From Mantamonas sphyraenae STR306 (taxonomy: Eukaryota > Protista > CRuMs): a DNA stretch of 64,000 bases. Shown piece by piece: positions 24,442 to 34,591 of this stretch. The notes beneath the pieces were generated by a model that saw only the letters and a list, made by a program, of their open reading frames with translations, searched no databases and was not told where the DNA came from. The translations under genes were made by a program, and so were the position numbers. The stretch covers positions 62,001 to 126,000 of the forward strand of contig JAPMXV010000023.1 of the NCBI GenBank assembly GCA_026936335.1, read 5' to 3'. Positions within the stretch are counted from its first letter, which is position 1. Every line of letters begins with the position of its first letter.

Positions 24442-26364
24442 ATGTGTGTCCAAACCACAATGAATGGAGGGGACGACCCTCCGTTTTCACCTCCCTTTCC
24501 CAACCCAACTCTTCTCCCGATGCAATGCGCTCATCCCGACTTTGGCGACTGGCGCATTGCCTCGGACCAATGCCCATTGCCTCCACTGATGATCTCCACC
24601 TTGTCTCGGTTGCAACAGGTGACCAGTGCCACCACCATCATCATTGTGCTCGTGGTGGGCGTGGCCGCGCTGCTGCTCCTCAATCGAAATCTACGCAAGC
24701 CCTTCCGCCTCCTCACCCCCTACCTGACGCGTGTCGACGTGCGTGTGCCCATCATCAAACAATTGGTGCTCAGTGACACCGAGCAAGAACGTCAGGTGTC
24801 ACTGCTGGAGCCCCAGACACCCGTGGGAGGAGCCTCGACACTCATCATCGTGGTCATCGTTCTTTGCGGCGCCACCTACACCATTGCACAGGCGTATAAC
24901 CCTAACCAGTACAGTGCACAGTTTCATCCGTATGGCACCTCCGCTGAGGAATATTTCTACCAGCAGTGGCTGCCTGTGTGGATTGATTTCGGCCGCAGTT
25001 CAAACGCAACGCAAATCTCCGTTGTCCGGCGCCCCAACCCACGCTACGGCCCCGCCCAGGTGGAGTGCAGTGTCACCACCACAAATATAGCAGCAAAGAA
25101 GCGGACGCAGGTCAATGATGGTGGCTACGACATGATGTTTGAGCTGGACTACCGGAAAGAGTGCCTGTACGACATTTCCCTTCCGGCAAGCACCGCCCCG
25201 TTCACCCTGCACATCTTCCCTCGTCCAAAGTACGGCGAACTTGCCCAAGAGGTGGGATGGTCCATGGCAGTGGATCGCAGCTCGGTGTGTTGCACCGCAT
25301 TGACGCGTACGGGCTCGGTGAACATGACTGCCTCCATTGGCATGTTGAAGGTGGTGTCCACCCTTTTGGGAATCCCAGCCGCCTCCTATGTGCCTCTGTT
25401 CAACCGTGTGCACACCACAGATGCCACCGTGTCATCCACCCCACCTGGGACGTTTACGTTGCACATCGAAACCGTGCCCATCGTCCACGTTGCCTCGGTG
25501 TCCTCCCCATCCTTCTTTGACACCATCCGACGCATGTTTTCGCTGTTGGGCTCGGCGTTGGCCATCCAAGGCCCTCTGCGCACGGCCATGGTGTTTGTGG
25601 CTGCACAGCGCACGGGGAAGCAAGATATGGATGCCAAACAGGGCACTGGGATGGAATTCCTGGTGTCCCTTGTGTTGTGTTCCCTCCTGCCTGGCATGGC
25701 ACCCTGGTTCATCCTACGTGACATGCCCAACGGTGCCATGCGAGTGGGTGCGCGTGCACCGTCCCTCCTCCTCTTTCTCCTCCTCTCCCCAACCAGAACT
25801 GCAACCAGCTTCTTTGGCTTCATCGTCCTGGGCTTGGCCACCATCCTGACCATGATCTGGTTCTGGAGACGCGAGCGTGGCTTTTGGAAGGATGCCGCGG
25901 GGGCCCCTCTTGATCCACACACTCTCCCGCCGCGCAATCTCTTCCACGTCACCCGCTTTGGCAACCCACTGAACTTGGTGGACGGCGCTGCATTTGGATT
26001 TGCCGTCCCTGGAGCTGTCTTTGTCATTCCCTACGGCTGCATGTGTGAGATCAGCGTCCTGGAAGCACTGGGGGTCTTTGCCGGCCAGACGCTGCTGGTC
26101 AACACAGCCTTCGCCAATCTCTACGGATATCCCGTGGACAGCAAAGAGTTGGACACTGTGCAACTTGCGTGCTGGTGCCTGTGTGCTGTCGCTGCCGTAA
26201 TCGTGGTGGGCCTGTGGCTGTTTCGACGCATCCAGCAGCGCAGGCATCACCCTGTGGCCAAGTATGACGATGAAGAGGTGGGAGAGGCACTGAAGGATGC
26301 CACGGGCCCATTGTTGGCACACAATCACAATGATGAGATTGATGGTGTTGAGAACAACGAATGA
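24442..26364 (+). CDS. Uncharacterised multi-pass membrane protein (~630 aa), intronless
   Basis: Long ORF filling the gap between AMPD and ABCG. Two N-terminal hydrophobic segments, a ~200-aa beta-rich loop with N-glycosylation sequons, then about six hydrophobic segments. Start codon uncertain. Confidence 0.65.
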   Translation: MCVQTTMNGGDDPPFSPPFPNPTLLPMQCAHPDFGDWRIASDQCPLPPLMISTLSRLQQVTSATTIIIVLVVGVAALLLLNRNLRKPFRLLTPYLTRVDVRVPIIKQLVLSDTEQERQVSLLEPQTPVGGASTLIIVVIVLCGATYTIAQAYNPNQYSAQFHPYGTSAEEYFYQQWLPVWIDFGRSSNATQISVVRRPNPRYGPAQVECSVTTTNIAAKKRTQVNDGGYDMMFELDYRKECLYDISLPASTAPFTLHIFPRPKYGELAQEVGWSMAVDRSSVCCTALTRTGSVNMTASIGMLKVVSTLLGIPAASYVPLFNRVHTTDATVSSTPPGTFTLHIETVPIVHVASVSSPSFFDTIRRMFSLLGSALAIQGPLRTAMVFVAAQRTGKQDMDAKQGTGMEFLVSLVLCSLLPGMAPWFILRDMPNGAMRVGARAPSLLLFLLLSPTRTATSFFGFIVLGLATILTMIWFWRRERGFWKDAAGAPLDPHTLPPRNLFHVTRFGNPLNLVDGAAFGFAVPGAVFVIPYGCMCEISVLEALGVFAGQTLLVNTAFANLYGYPVDSKELDTVQLACWCLCAVAAVIVVGLWLFRRIQQRRHHPVAKYDDEEVGEALKDATGPLLAHNHNDEIDGVENNE

Positions 26365-26397
26365 TCCTTCCCTCCTGTTGCCCCATCCAACCCAACC

Positions 26398-29300
26398 ATG
26401 ACACGCTTTCCCCCGATCTTGCTCCTGTTGGGAGTGGGAGTTGTGTGGATGAGCATGAGTGGCCCCGGCGTGGGAATGGTGGCCGGTCAGACGCCTCCAG
26501 CGCCTCCGTTGCCGACGTGCCAACCGACACCGACGCCGCAGCCATTCAATGCATTCGATTGCAATCCCACGGGCAACACAAGCGCAAACACGTTTGTGCA
26601 GGAGCCCCTGTGTGGCTCACCCAACAGCGATCTTTACCCCGCGTGGTGTTCACACCGCAATCCGTACGTGACCCCGCTTCTGTGGTCCAACGCCACCTTC
26701 ACGGCAGCCAACGGCGACTTTGACTCGTTCGAATGTGACGCCAGTGCCACGCAGCAACGGTGCACCAACGTGGTGGCCATTGTCACCAGTGCCCTTGCCG
26801 ACCGGCAATACCTTGCGGTGGCCAACGTGCACGGCATCATCAACCTGGTCGACTTCAACAGCGATGAACCCGTGCTCTCGTTTGTCCGCGTCACCCAACG
26901 TCCCATCCGCTTCATGGACGCCTACCAAGTGTTTGACAACGTGACCCTGGTGGCCGCCAGCACCGATTCCCACCTCAAGGTCTTTGCAGGGGCCCAGCAG
27001 CGTGGAAGCCCACACATGGACGTGGCAATTTGTGTGGACAGTCCCGTGGATGCAGATCCACACACCACCATTCTTTCCCTGGCTGTGTTTAGCCACCGCG
27101 ACCCGCAGGACCAGCTCAACGTCGGCTACGAAAACACAACCAAGCAGATCTGGCTTGCCTCCTTGCTCCTTCACCCCAACGGCGACCATTCCGTCGAGTT
27201 TCGCAGACTCCGCGTCGAGGCACAACAGCCGCTCGACTGTGGCACCCTCGAACGTTTTTCATGGAAGTAAGTGACCCCCCTGGTGCAGACGCGGTGTTGA
27301 TTTCGACGCATGTCGGCTGGCTGACAATGGTGGAAACTCCCTCTCCCGTTCTCCCCCTCTCCCTCTCTCCCTCTCTCCCTCTCTCGCCCTCACCACCACC
27401 GTTTGTCCAGACTGAAGAGCAGGACGGCAGCCGACCGTGCGAATCTGAAGCTGGAGATTCACCACGTGCGTTCCAACTATCCGTCGCTGCCGCCGTTGCC
27501 GTCTTTGAACGGCACCACGCCTCCGACGCCGCCTGTGGAGACCGGGACGTTTGTGCAACGCACGGTGGTCCTGCTCACCTCCAGCAACTACGTCAATGTG
27601 TACGGTTGGCAGGTGCACGCCGCCGATGCCACTGTGGATATGACGGTGGGCGACAAGCTGGACGGGTCGCGTGCACCGTGGGCCTTTTACGGCGCACAGG
27701 CCATGGGGGTGGACATTGACAGTGCCACACTGACTGTGGAACCGCAACCACGGGTGGGACAGCACGCAGAGCTGGTGTTTGTCAACATCAACCTGTCGAA
27801 GCGTGGCTCCATGGGTTCCGTGGCACCCAAGCATCTCATGATGGCCCTGCCCGAGTTTCAAGAGTTTAACTACACGCGAGCATTGGAGGACAAGACGTAC
27901 AGCGAGACCAATGTGTGTGGACGCGAGTCGACCCCGAGTTGTGGCTACGACGCCTGGCACAACGGGACTGTGTGCTCGCCACGCATGCAGTACACGTATG
28001 CACTCAAGGCCAATGCGAGGGAAGTGGTCACCCGTTGGATTGGCACACCCACAAACGTCAACAACATCCAAAAGCAGAGCGGAGAAACCGCAGCTCAGTT
28101 GGCGGAACGGTATCAGCCGGTCATGCTGTACCATGCCATCTTTATTGGCGACACCCAACGTCGCATTGTGGTGTTGGGTGCCCAGGCCAAGATGTGCACG
28201 CAGACGCAGCTGCTGTTTACGTCGACAGAGCCGCTGAACGAGTTTTCCACGATTGGCGAGCCCATTGCCAACGGCCTGACGGCGTCGCTGAACGGACAAC
28301 ACCTGTTTGTGGCCGTGAGGCGCAGCAAGGCACAGCTGGACGCACAGCAGCGCTACAAGGAGATCTGCGACACGCTGCGCGACGATCCTGACAACCTGTT
28401 TTTGCAGCAGTACGCCCCGGCGTGCGCCAGCAACCCGGGCCGCGACGTGACTGCGTTGGAGTTTGCCCAGTTTGCATCCATGTGCATGCCTGGCGTGCAC
28501 TGCCCGTCGCTGACCCAACAGGTCATCAGCAAGGTGGAGGACGGAAACTACACACTGCGGCCACAAGTCAAGCACGTGTGCGAACCAGGCTACTTTTGTG
28601 CCCAGGGTGTGCGCACCAAGTGTCCCATTGGCTTTGCGTGTGGTCGTCGTGGCATGGCCACCCCTGCACGTTGTTCCCGCGACGCAAACCTGGCCACCAC
28701 CTGCTACGAAGAGGGGCTCGCTGCGCCCAAACAGTGTCCCGCAGGCACCATCTGTCCCATTCCCTATGCCCCGCCCATCGGTGCACCCCCGGGGTACTTT
28801 GTCACCTCGGGCAGCCGCGAACAGGAGTTTCCCTGCGCCTCGGGCGATTGGTGTTCGCTCGGCCGCAGCAACGAGACCCTGCAGGGTACATCCGACCCAC
28901 CCACCACCGATCTGCGATGCCCCGCAGGCACCTGGTGTGCGAATGCCACCGTACTCACGCCTGTGATCTGCAAGCAGGGCTCGCTGTGCCTGGCAGGATC
29001 TCATCAGGAACTTCCGTGTCCCGCCGGTTCCGCCTGTCTGTTTCCCAACTCCAGCAAGCCGTGTCATCACACACAGTACTGTCCGCCGGGCACCATTGTG
29101 CCTCAAGTCTGCCCTGCCGGCTGGTACTGCCCCGATGCGTCTGTGCGCACACGCTGTCCCTCTGGCTACTTTTGCAAGGCCGGAAGCGTGGCGCCACGCA
29201 GCTGCTCCGCGTTTTCCATCTGTCCCGAGGGCACAGAGAACGAGGCCAACAACGTGGCAGGCCTGGCCTTTGACCTGGGCGTCGTTCTGATTGTGTTTGT

Positions 29301-31449
29301 GGCGTGGAAGGTGGTGCGCCACTTGCGCACCCGACAGCGCGAAGAGCGGGAAGAGAGCATGCGCAGCTCGCGACGTCGCTCGTCACCCCATGGAGGACCA
29401 TCCATGGCAGCAGGCGGTGTGGATGGCTCGGTTGCCTCCCAGGCGTATGTGCCTCTGTTGGACAGCGAAGGCAGCGAAATCGGCGCCGAGTACGGCCTGG
29501 TGAAGCCACGCCTGATGCTGGCACCCAAGGAGCAGCGCATCGACTTTGCCTTTGACAACCTGGGCATCACTCTGCCGGATGGCAAGTGTATCATGCAGGG
29601 GGTCAGTGGGGAAATCAGCAGCGGGCGTGTGACGGCGGTGATGGGACCCAGTGGGGCAGGCAAGACGACGTTCCTGTCGCTGTTGAGCGGCAAGGTGCAA
29701 CACACGCAAGGAGAAATCCGCATCAACGGTGCACAAGACTCGTTGCGCAGGTACCAGAAGAGTGTGGGCTTTGTGCCGCAGGAAGACGTGATGATGCGTG
29801 TGATGACGTGCAAGGAGATCCTGCGCTTCAACGCACGCATGCGACTGCCCTCGTCCATGCCAGATCTGGAGAAGCGCAAGTATGTGCGCAGTGTCATCGA
29901 CATGCTGGGTCTGTTTGACATTCGCCACAGCAAGATTGGCGACGAGACACAGCGTGGCATCTCTGGAGGCCAACGCAAGCGTGTCAACATCGGCATGGAG
30001 CTTGTGGCCGATCCCACGGTGTTGTTTCTGGACGAACCCACAAGCGGGCTGGACTCGACGTCGAGTGAAGAGGTGTGTCAGGCCCTGCGCAACATTGCGG
30101 ATCTGGGCATTACCGTGGTCACCGTCATCCACCAGCCGCGTTACAGCATCTTCAAGATGTTCCACGACGTGTTGCTGTTGGGAAAGGGCGGACGCACCGT
30201 GTACCTGGGTCCCAGCGAGGATGCCCTGGCCTACTTTGAATCCCTGGGCTTTGCCTGTCCGCCGCTTGTCAACCCGCCCGATTTCTTCATCGACGTCATT
30301 TCAGGCAGCGTCGAGCGTGACGGCCACCCGGAGTTTGAGCCCAGCGACCTGTTTGACCTGTGGGAGGAGCACAAGCGCAGCAGCGGCGGCGTGGACACAG
30401 ACCGACAGCCGCCGGCCGTCGTCGGGGTCGATGGAGGCTCGGGTGCCACGCATGCAGGCCTTGGTGACGAGGAGGACTCATCGATTGGAGAGCAGATGGG
30501 ACGTCGTTTCACGGCAGCCCTGAGCTCCATACAGGCAGGCGGCACACCGGCGGCCATTGCAGAACGCCAGACAGCTGGGTTCTGGAGGCAGACGGCGCTG
30601 TTTGCCACACGACAGCTGTTCCAGGTGGCTCGTGATCTCAAAGGATTGTTGTTGGACAACGTGCTTCTGGTGCTTGCCGGTGCCTTTTTGGGCATTGTGT
30701 ACCAGGGCGTGTACTACATTGGTCCACTGCCCCAGGAGTTGTGTGCGTGCACCAAGCAATGTCCTGAATACCTTCAGACGATCTGCAAGCTGCCTGTGCG
30801 CGATCCAATCGTCAGTATTGCCTCGCTGTCAGCCCTGGCCCTGGGCCTCATTGGCATCTCCTCGTCCCTGCGTGTGTTTGGCGACGAAAAGGTGGTGTTC
30901 TGGCGTGAGGCAAGCGCAGGACTGAGCAGCGGGGCGTACTTTCTGGGCAAGAACCTTGCGGATTTGCCCAAGATCCTGCTGGCCCCCGGTGTGTACCTCA
31001 GTGTGTGGTATGTACTGGTCACGCCACGCGGCCTGCTGATCAACTACTTCTGCATCATGGCCCTGCTTGTGTTTTGTGCCTTTGGCATCGGCTACCTGGT
31101 GTCCTTGTCCGTCAAGCCCAAGTACTCGCAGCTCGCTGGTGTTGTGGCCGCCCTGATTTCTCTCATGTTCAGCGGTGCCAACCCGACCCTCAAGGCCCTG
31201 GACGACCTTGTGTTTCCCCTCCCTTACCTCAGCTACATTAGCTTTTGCCGCTGGGGCCAGGAAGCGCTGTATCTCATCGAAATCGAGCGTTATACGCAAG
31301 TGTACGATGTGGAACCCGGCATGGAAATCTTTTCCTACCACTTTGACGACCTGTGGCTCTGCGTGGGCATGCTGATTGTGCTCGGCTTTGCCACGCGTCT
31401 GGCCGCCTTTGCCATGCTTGTCATGAAGGACCGCGACAAGAAGCGATGA
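26398..31449 (+). CDS. ABCG half-transporter with very large Cys-rich N-terminal ectodomain (~1635 aa); exons 26398-27266, 27411-31449
   Basis: Signal peptide, many CPxGxYC repeats, one TM, Walker A GPSGAGKTT, signature ISGGQRKRV, Walker B VLFLDEPTSGLD, IHQPR, C-terminal ABC2 membrane domain. GTAAGT..CCAG intron. Confidence 0.92.
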
Positions 31450-31625
31450 TGGCTGAGTGTGTGTGGAACAGAGAGAGCGTGTGTGAGTGGTGGGAGGAGA
31501 AGGCAAATGCAAGCTTGAAAGGTGAGCGATGGCAGTTTGCTCGAATTCGCTGCAACTGCAACTCGCCACAGCGCGCCCAACTCAATCGTCCCCAGGAGCC
31601 CGCCAGGCACACACTGACTATATCC

Positions 31626-32058
31626 ATGCAAGCTAACCAGGACGAGGAGCCGTTGGTAGACGAGCGCATCAGCAAGCGGCACGAGGCCGGGTTCCAGTAC
31701 CAGATCAAAAAGTCGGCGTTGAAACAATGCGACGCCACCGTGCACGAGTACATCCAATGCACCAACGACAATCCATGGATGTTCTGGAAGTGTTACGAGG
31801 CGCGAGACAAGCTCAACGCCTGTCTGAAGCAATTGTGAGTTGGGTGGAAGCAGACGGCGAAATCCCGACCACCGCCCAGTGGTTTCCGGCGTCCCCGGAC
31901 ACGCACGACGCAGCACAGCGCACAACACACAACGCACAACGCACTGACACACACACGCGTCATACAGCACCACTGTGGCCGTGATGAACGAGTACAAACG
32001 GGATTATCTTGCAAAGGTGGAGAGGGGCGAGTCACCGGCGCCGCTGCCGAAGGAATGA
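31626..32058 (+). CDS. CMC1: Twin CX9C cytochrome c oxidase assembly protein CMC1; exons 31626-31834, 31968-32058
   Basis: C-x9-C...C-x9-C (CDATVHEYIQC; CYEARDKLNAC) followed after a GTGAGT..ACAG intron by EYKRDYL. Confidence 0.8.
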
Positions 32059-32073
32059 AAACCCACTGCTGCG

Positions 32074-32559
32074 ATGGCAGAGGCAAGCCAAAAGGAAAAG
32101 CCCATGTGGAGTGTGTTGTTGCACGGGGCCGTGGAGGCGGCTGGGACGGTGTCGGAGGCAAGTGGGGTCACGTTTGGAGACACGTTGAGTAGCACGTTGT
32201 GGCTGTTCTTCCACTGGATTGGGGTCATCGTCCTGGTGGTGGGTCTGCGTCCACTGGTGCTGCCGGGGGCACTCACGTGGGCCTCGCTGGAGCTGTGGCG
32301 ACAATATCTGAGTATGATGCCAGGGGTGGTGAGTGTGATGGGCACGCAGCCATGGGTGCCGCGGCTGCTTGCGTTTTGGTACTCGCTGCATTGGTTCGTC
32401 GACCTCTGCGCGGCCATTGGCTGTGTCTTTGTCTGGCTCGTCAATCCCATCATGAGTCTTATTGTTGGATGCCTCTTCATCCTCAGTGCCCTCCTTTACT
32501 CTATCATCATCTACACAGGCAGGAGCGCCCTCGACGCCGTCTTTGCCCTGCTGACGTGA
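32074..32559 (+). CDS. Uncharacterised small membrane protein (161 aa)
   Basis: Good ATG context, 3-4 hydrophobic segments, and it fills the gap before the convergent WRNIP1. No family recognised. Confidence 0.55.
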   Translation: MAEASQKEKPMWSVLLHGAVEAAGTVSEASGVTFGDTLSSTLWLFFHWIGVIVLVVGLRPLVLPGALTWASLELWRQYLSMMPGVVSVMGTQPWVPRLLAFWYSLHWFVDLCAAIGCVFVWLVNPIMSLIVGCLFILSALLYSIIIYTGRSALDAVFALLT

Positions 32560-32671
32560 CGACAGGCGACCCAAACACACAAAACCAATGCAACTGAAGA
32601 TCACACACTGTGCACCACCTCGCTCCGTTCCATTTCTCAATCCATCACAGTACGCGTGTGGCACGCCGAAC

Positions 32672-34474
32672 TCACTGGTGGTTGTAGGAGCTGGTGGAAG
32701 GAGGCCCAAAGAAGCGAGGCGGCTGCTTCTCCAGCTCCTGGGGCCAGTAGCTTTGGGTGACGGGCTCACCACGTGCCTTCATGTCGGGTGGGTACTGGTA
32801 TCCTTTGGCAAAGCCCAGATTCTTCATGAGGGCAGTGGGTGCGTTGCGAAGGTGCAGGGGCACCGGATGGTTGGGTTGCGACTCGATATGACTTCGCACC
32901 GCCTTCATCGCCGCGTACACCGCCGTGCTCTTGTCTGCCAGCGCAAGGTACACCACCGTTTGTGCCATCAGCACGTCGCACTCGGGCATGCCCATGTTTT
33001 GAACCCCATGCATGCATGCCACCGCCAGTTGCAACGCCTGTGGATCCCCTCCGCAATCCTCGCTCGCACATCGCATCAGACGCCGGCACACATACATCGG
33101 ATCCTCTCCGCCATATATCATGCGTCCCAACCAGTACAGCGATGCGTCGACGTCCGAACCCCGGATGGCCTTGTGCAGCGCCGAGATGCAGTCGTAGTGT
33201 TGATCTCCTGCACGGTCGTACAGCACATGCGAACGTTCCACCGCAGATTCAATGTCTTCCACGTCCAGTGTGGCTGACACGCCGCGTCGCACCGCCTCGT
33301 CGTCGTCTTGGGAGGAGGAGGAGGAGGAAGTATGCTTAATAGGGTTAAGGGCACGACGAGCGGCGCCGTTGACGACGATTTCCAGGGTGTTGAGGGCCAT
33401 GCGGCAGTCGCCATCGGCGGCAGAGGCGAGAAAGTGCATGGCGGCGTCGGTGAGACGTAAATCCCAGCGGAGGTTCGCCAGAGACGATGGTAGGGCGGGG
33501 AGAAAGGCCTGAGCACCACGCTTTCGATCGGCCATGGCGCGTGTGAGCACGGATTCGATGTCGTTGCTGCTGAGCTTGTCCATGACGACACACTTGCAGC
33601 GTGAGAGGAGGGCGGACTGTAGGGAGAAGCTTGGATTCTCTGTGGTGGCACCGATGAGGGTGATGACCCCGCTTTCCACAGCCTCCAACAACACGTCCTG
33701 CTGGCGTTTGTTGAACCTGTGGATCTCGTCAATAAACACAATGGTGGCCTGTTTGCGCAGGCGTTGCAGATTGCTGGCAGCCTTGATGGCGTCGACGACG
33801 TCACTCTGGTTGTTGCTGACGGCCGAGAGCCCCACAAAGTTTGCCTGGCACTCGCGGCCGATGAGACGGGCAAGTGTGGTTTTGCCACTGCCCGGAGGGG
33901 CCCATAGGAGCATGGAAGGGGGTCGCACAAAGAGCAAGTCACCCAACACACTCTGAAGGACCTTGCGCTGGCCCACAAACTCCTCCACGGTACGCGGTCT
34001 CATCCGCTCTGCCAGAGGCTGGTTGGCCAGCCTTCGCACCTCGGATGGGTCGGGTGGTACGTATTCGGCACTGCCTGGTGGATGGTGGGTGGATGAGGAG
34101 GAGGACGAGGAGGAGGAACCTGTGGTGGTGGTGATCACCGTCGCTGGCCGAGCAAGGAACTTTTTGCAGTTGCTGTCCAGATGGTCGTTGATTTCGTGCA
34201 GCAACACCTGCTTGCCACACATGGGACACTCTTGCAATGAACGGGAGGGACCCGTGGTGCTGGGGCTGTTGCTGGTGGGTGTGGGGGGCGGCGATTGGCT
34301 GCCCGATGTGGTTCGTTGTCGCTTGTCGTCATGCAGACTCTCCTCTTGACTGCCGGTGGGTGTGTTGGCCCTCGGTTTGGCCTTGCGATTGGGTGTGCCC
34401 TTGGCCACTGAGCCTCCCCCGTCCTTGCTGCTGGGTTTGAGGTCAAGAAAGGCGTCCAGGGAGCGTTTGGACAT
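32672..34474 (-). CDS. WRNIP1: WRNIP1/Mgs1 AAA+ ATPase with UBZ4 zinc finger
   Basis: CPMC..INDHLD..C, PLAERMRP, APPGSGKTT, FIDEIHRFNKRQQD, GATTENPSF, ISALHKAIRGSD, VPLHLRNAPT. Confidence 0.95.
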   Translation of the reverse strand: MSKRSLDAFLDLKPSSKDGGGSVAKGTPNRKAKPRANTPTGSQEESLHDDKRQRTTSGSQSPPPTPTSNSPSTTGPSRSLQECPMCGKQVLLHEINDHLDSNCKKFLARPATVITTTTGSSSSSSSSSTHHPPGSAEYVPPDPSEVRRLANQPLAERMRPRTVEEFVGQRKVLQSVLGDLLFVRPPSMLLWAPPGSGKTTLARLIGRECQANFVGLSAVSNNQSDVVDAIKAASNLQRLRKQATIVFIDEIHRFNKRQQDVLLEAVESGVITLIGATTENPSFSLQSALLSRCKCVVMDKLSSNDIESVLTRAMADRKRGAQAFLPALPSSLANLRWDLRLTDAAMHFLASAADGDCRMALNTLEIVVNGAARRALNPIKHTSSSSSSQDDDEAVRRGVSATLDVEDIESAVERSHVLYDRAGDQHYDCISALHKAIRGSDVDASLYWLGRMIYGGEDPMYVCRRLMRCASEDCGGDPQALQLAVACMHGVQNMGMPECDVLMAQTVVYLALADKSTAVYAAMKAVRSHIESQPNHPVPLHLRNAPTALMKNLGFAKGYQYPPDMKARGEPVTQSYWPQELEKQPPRFFGPPSTSSYNHQ

Positions 34475-34530
34475 CGCTGGTGGGTTGCATTGGATGGCGC
34501 ATGTGGGGTTTCCACAGCACATGAACATGG

Positions 34531-34532
<2 letters not shown>

Positions 34533-34562
<30 letters not shown>
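34533..34562 (+). repeat. (CA)n microsatellite, representative of many (e.g. 12718-12741, 14986-15009, 46185-46215)
   Basis: Directly visible dinucleotide runs in spacers and introns. Confidence 0.9.
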
Positions 34563-34566
<4 letters not shown>

Positions 34567-34591
34567 GCAGCGAGGTTTGGCTCGCTCTGTT

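Noticed and set aside
31446-31634. Upstream extension of CMC1 from ATG overlapping the ABCG stop; ATGCAAGCT direct repeat and possible 5' intron
   Set aside because: The extension is microsatellite-like UTR sequence. No clean alternative gene model exists without an in-frame stop or implausible N-terminus.
33880-33905. WRNIP1 Walker A begins with Ala (APPGSGKT)
   Set aside because: It still fits [AG]x4GK[ST], so there is no reason to infer inactivity.
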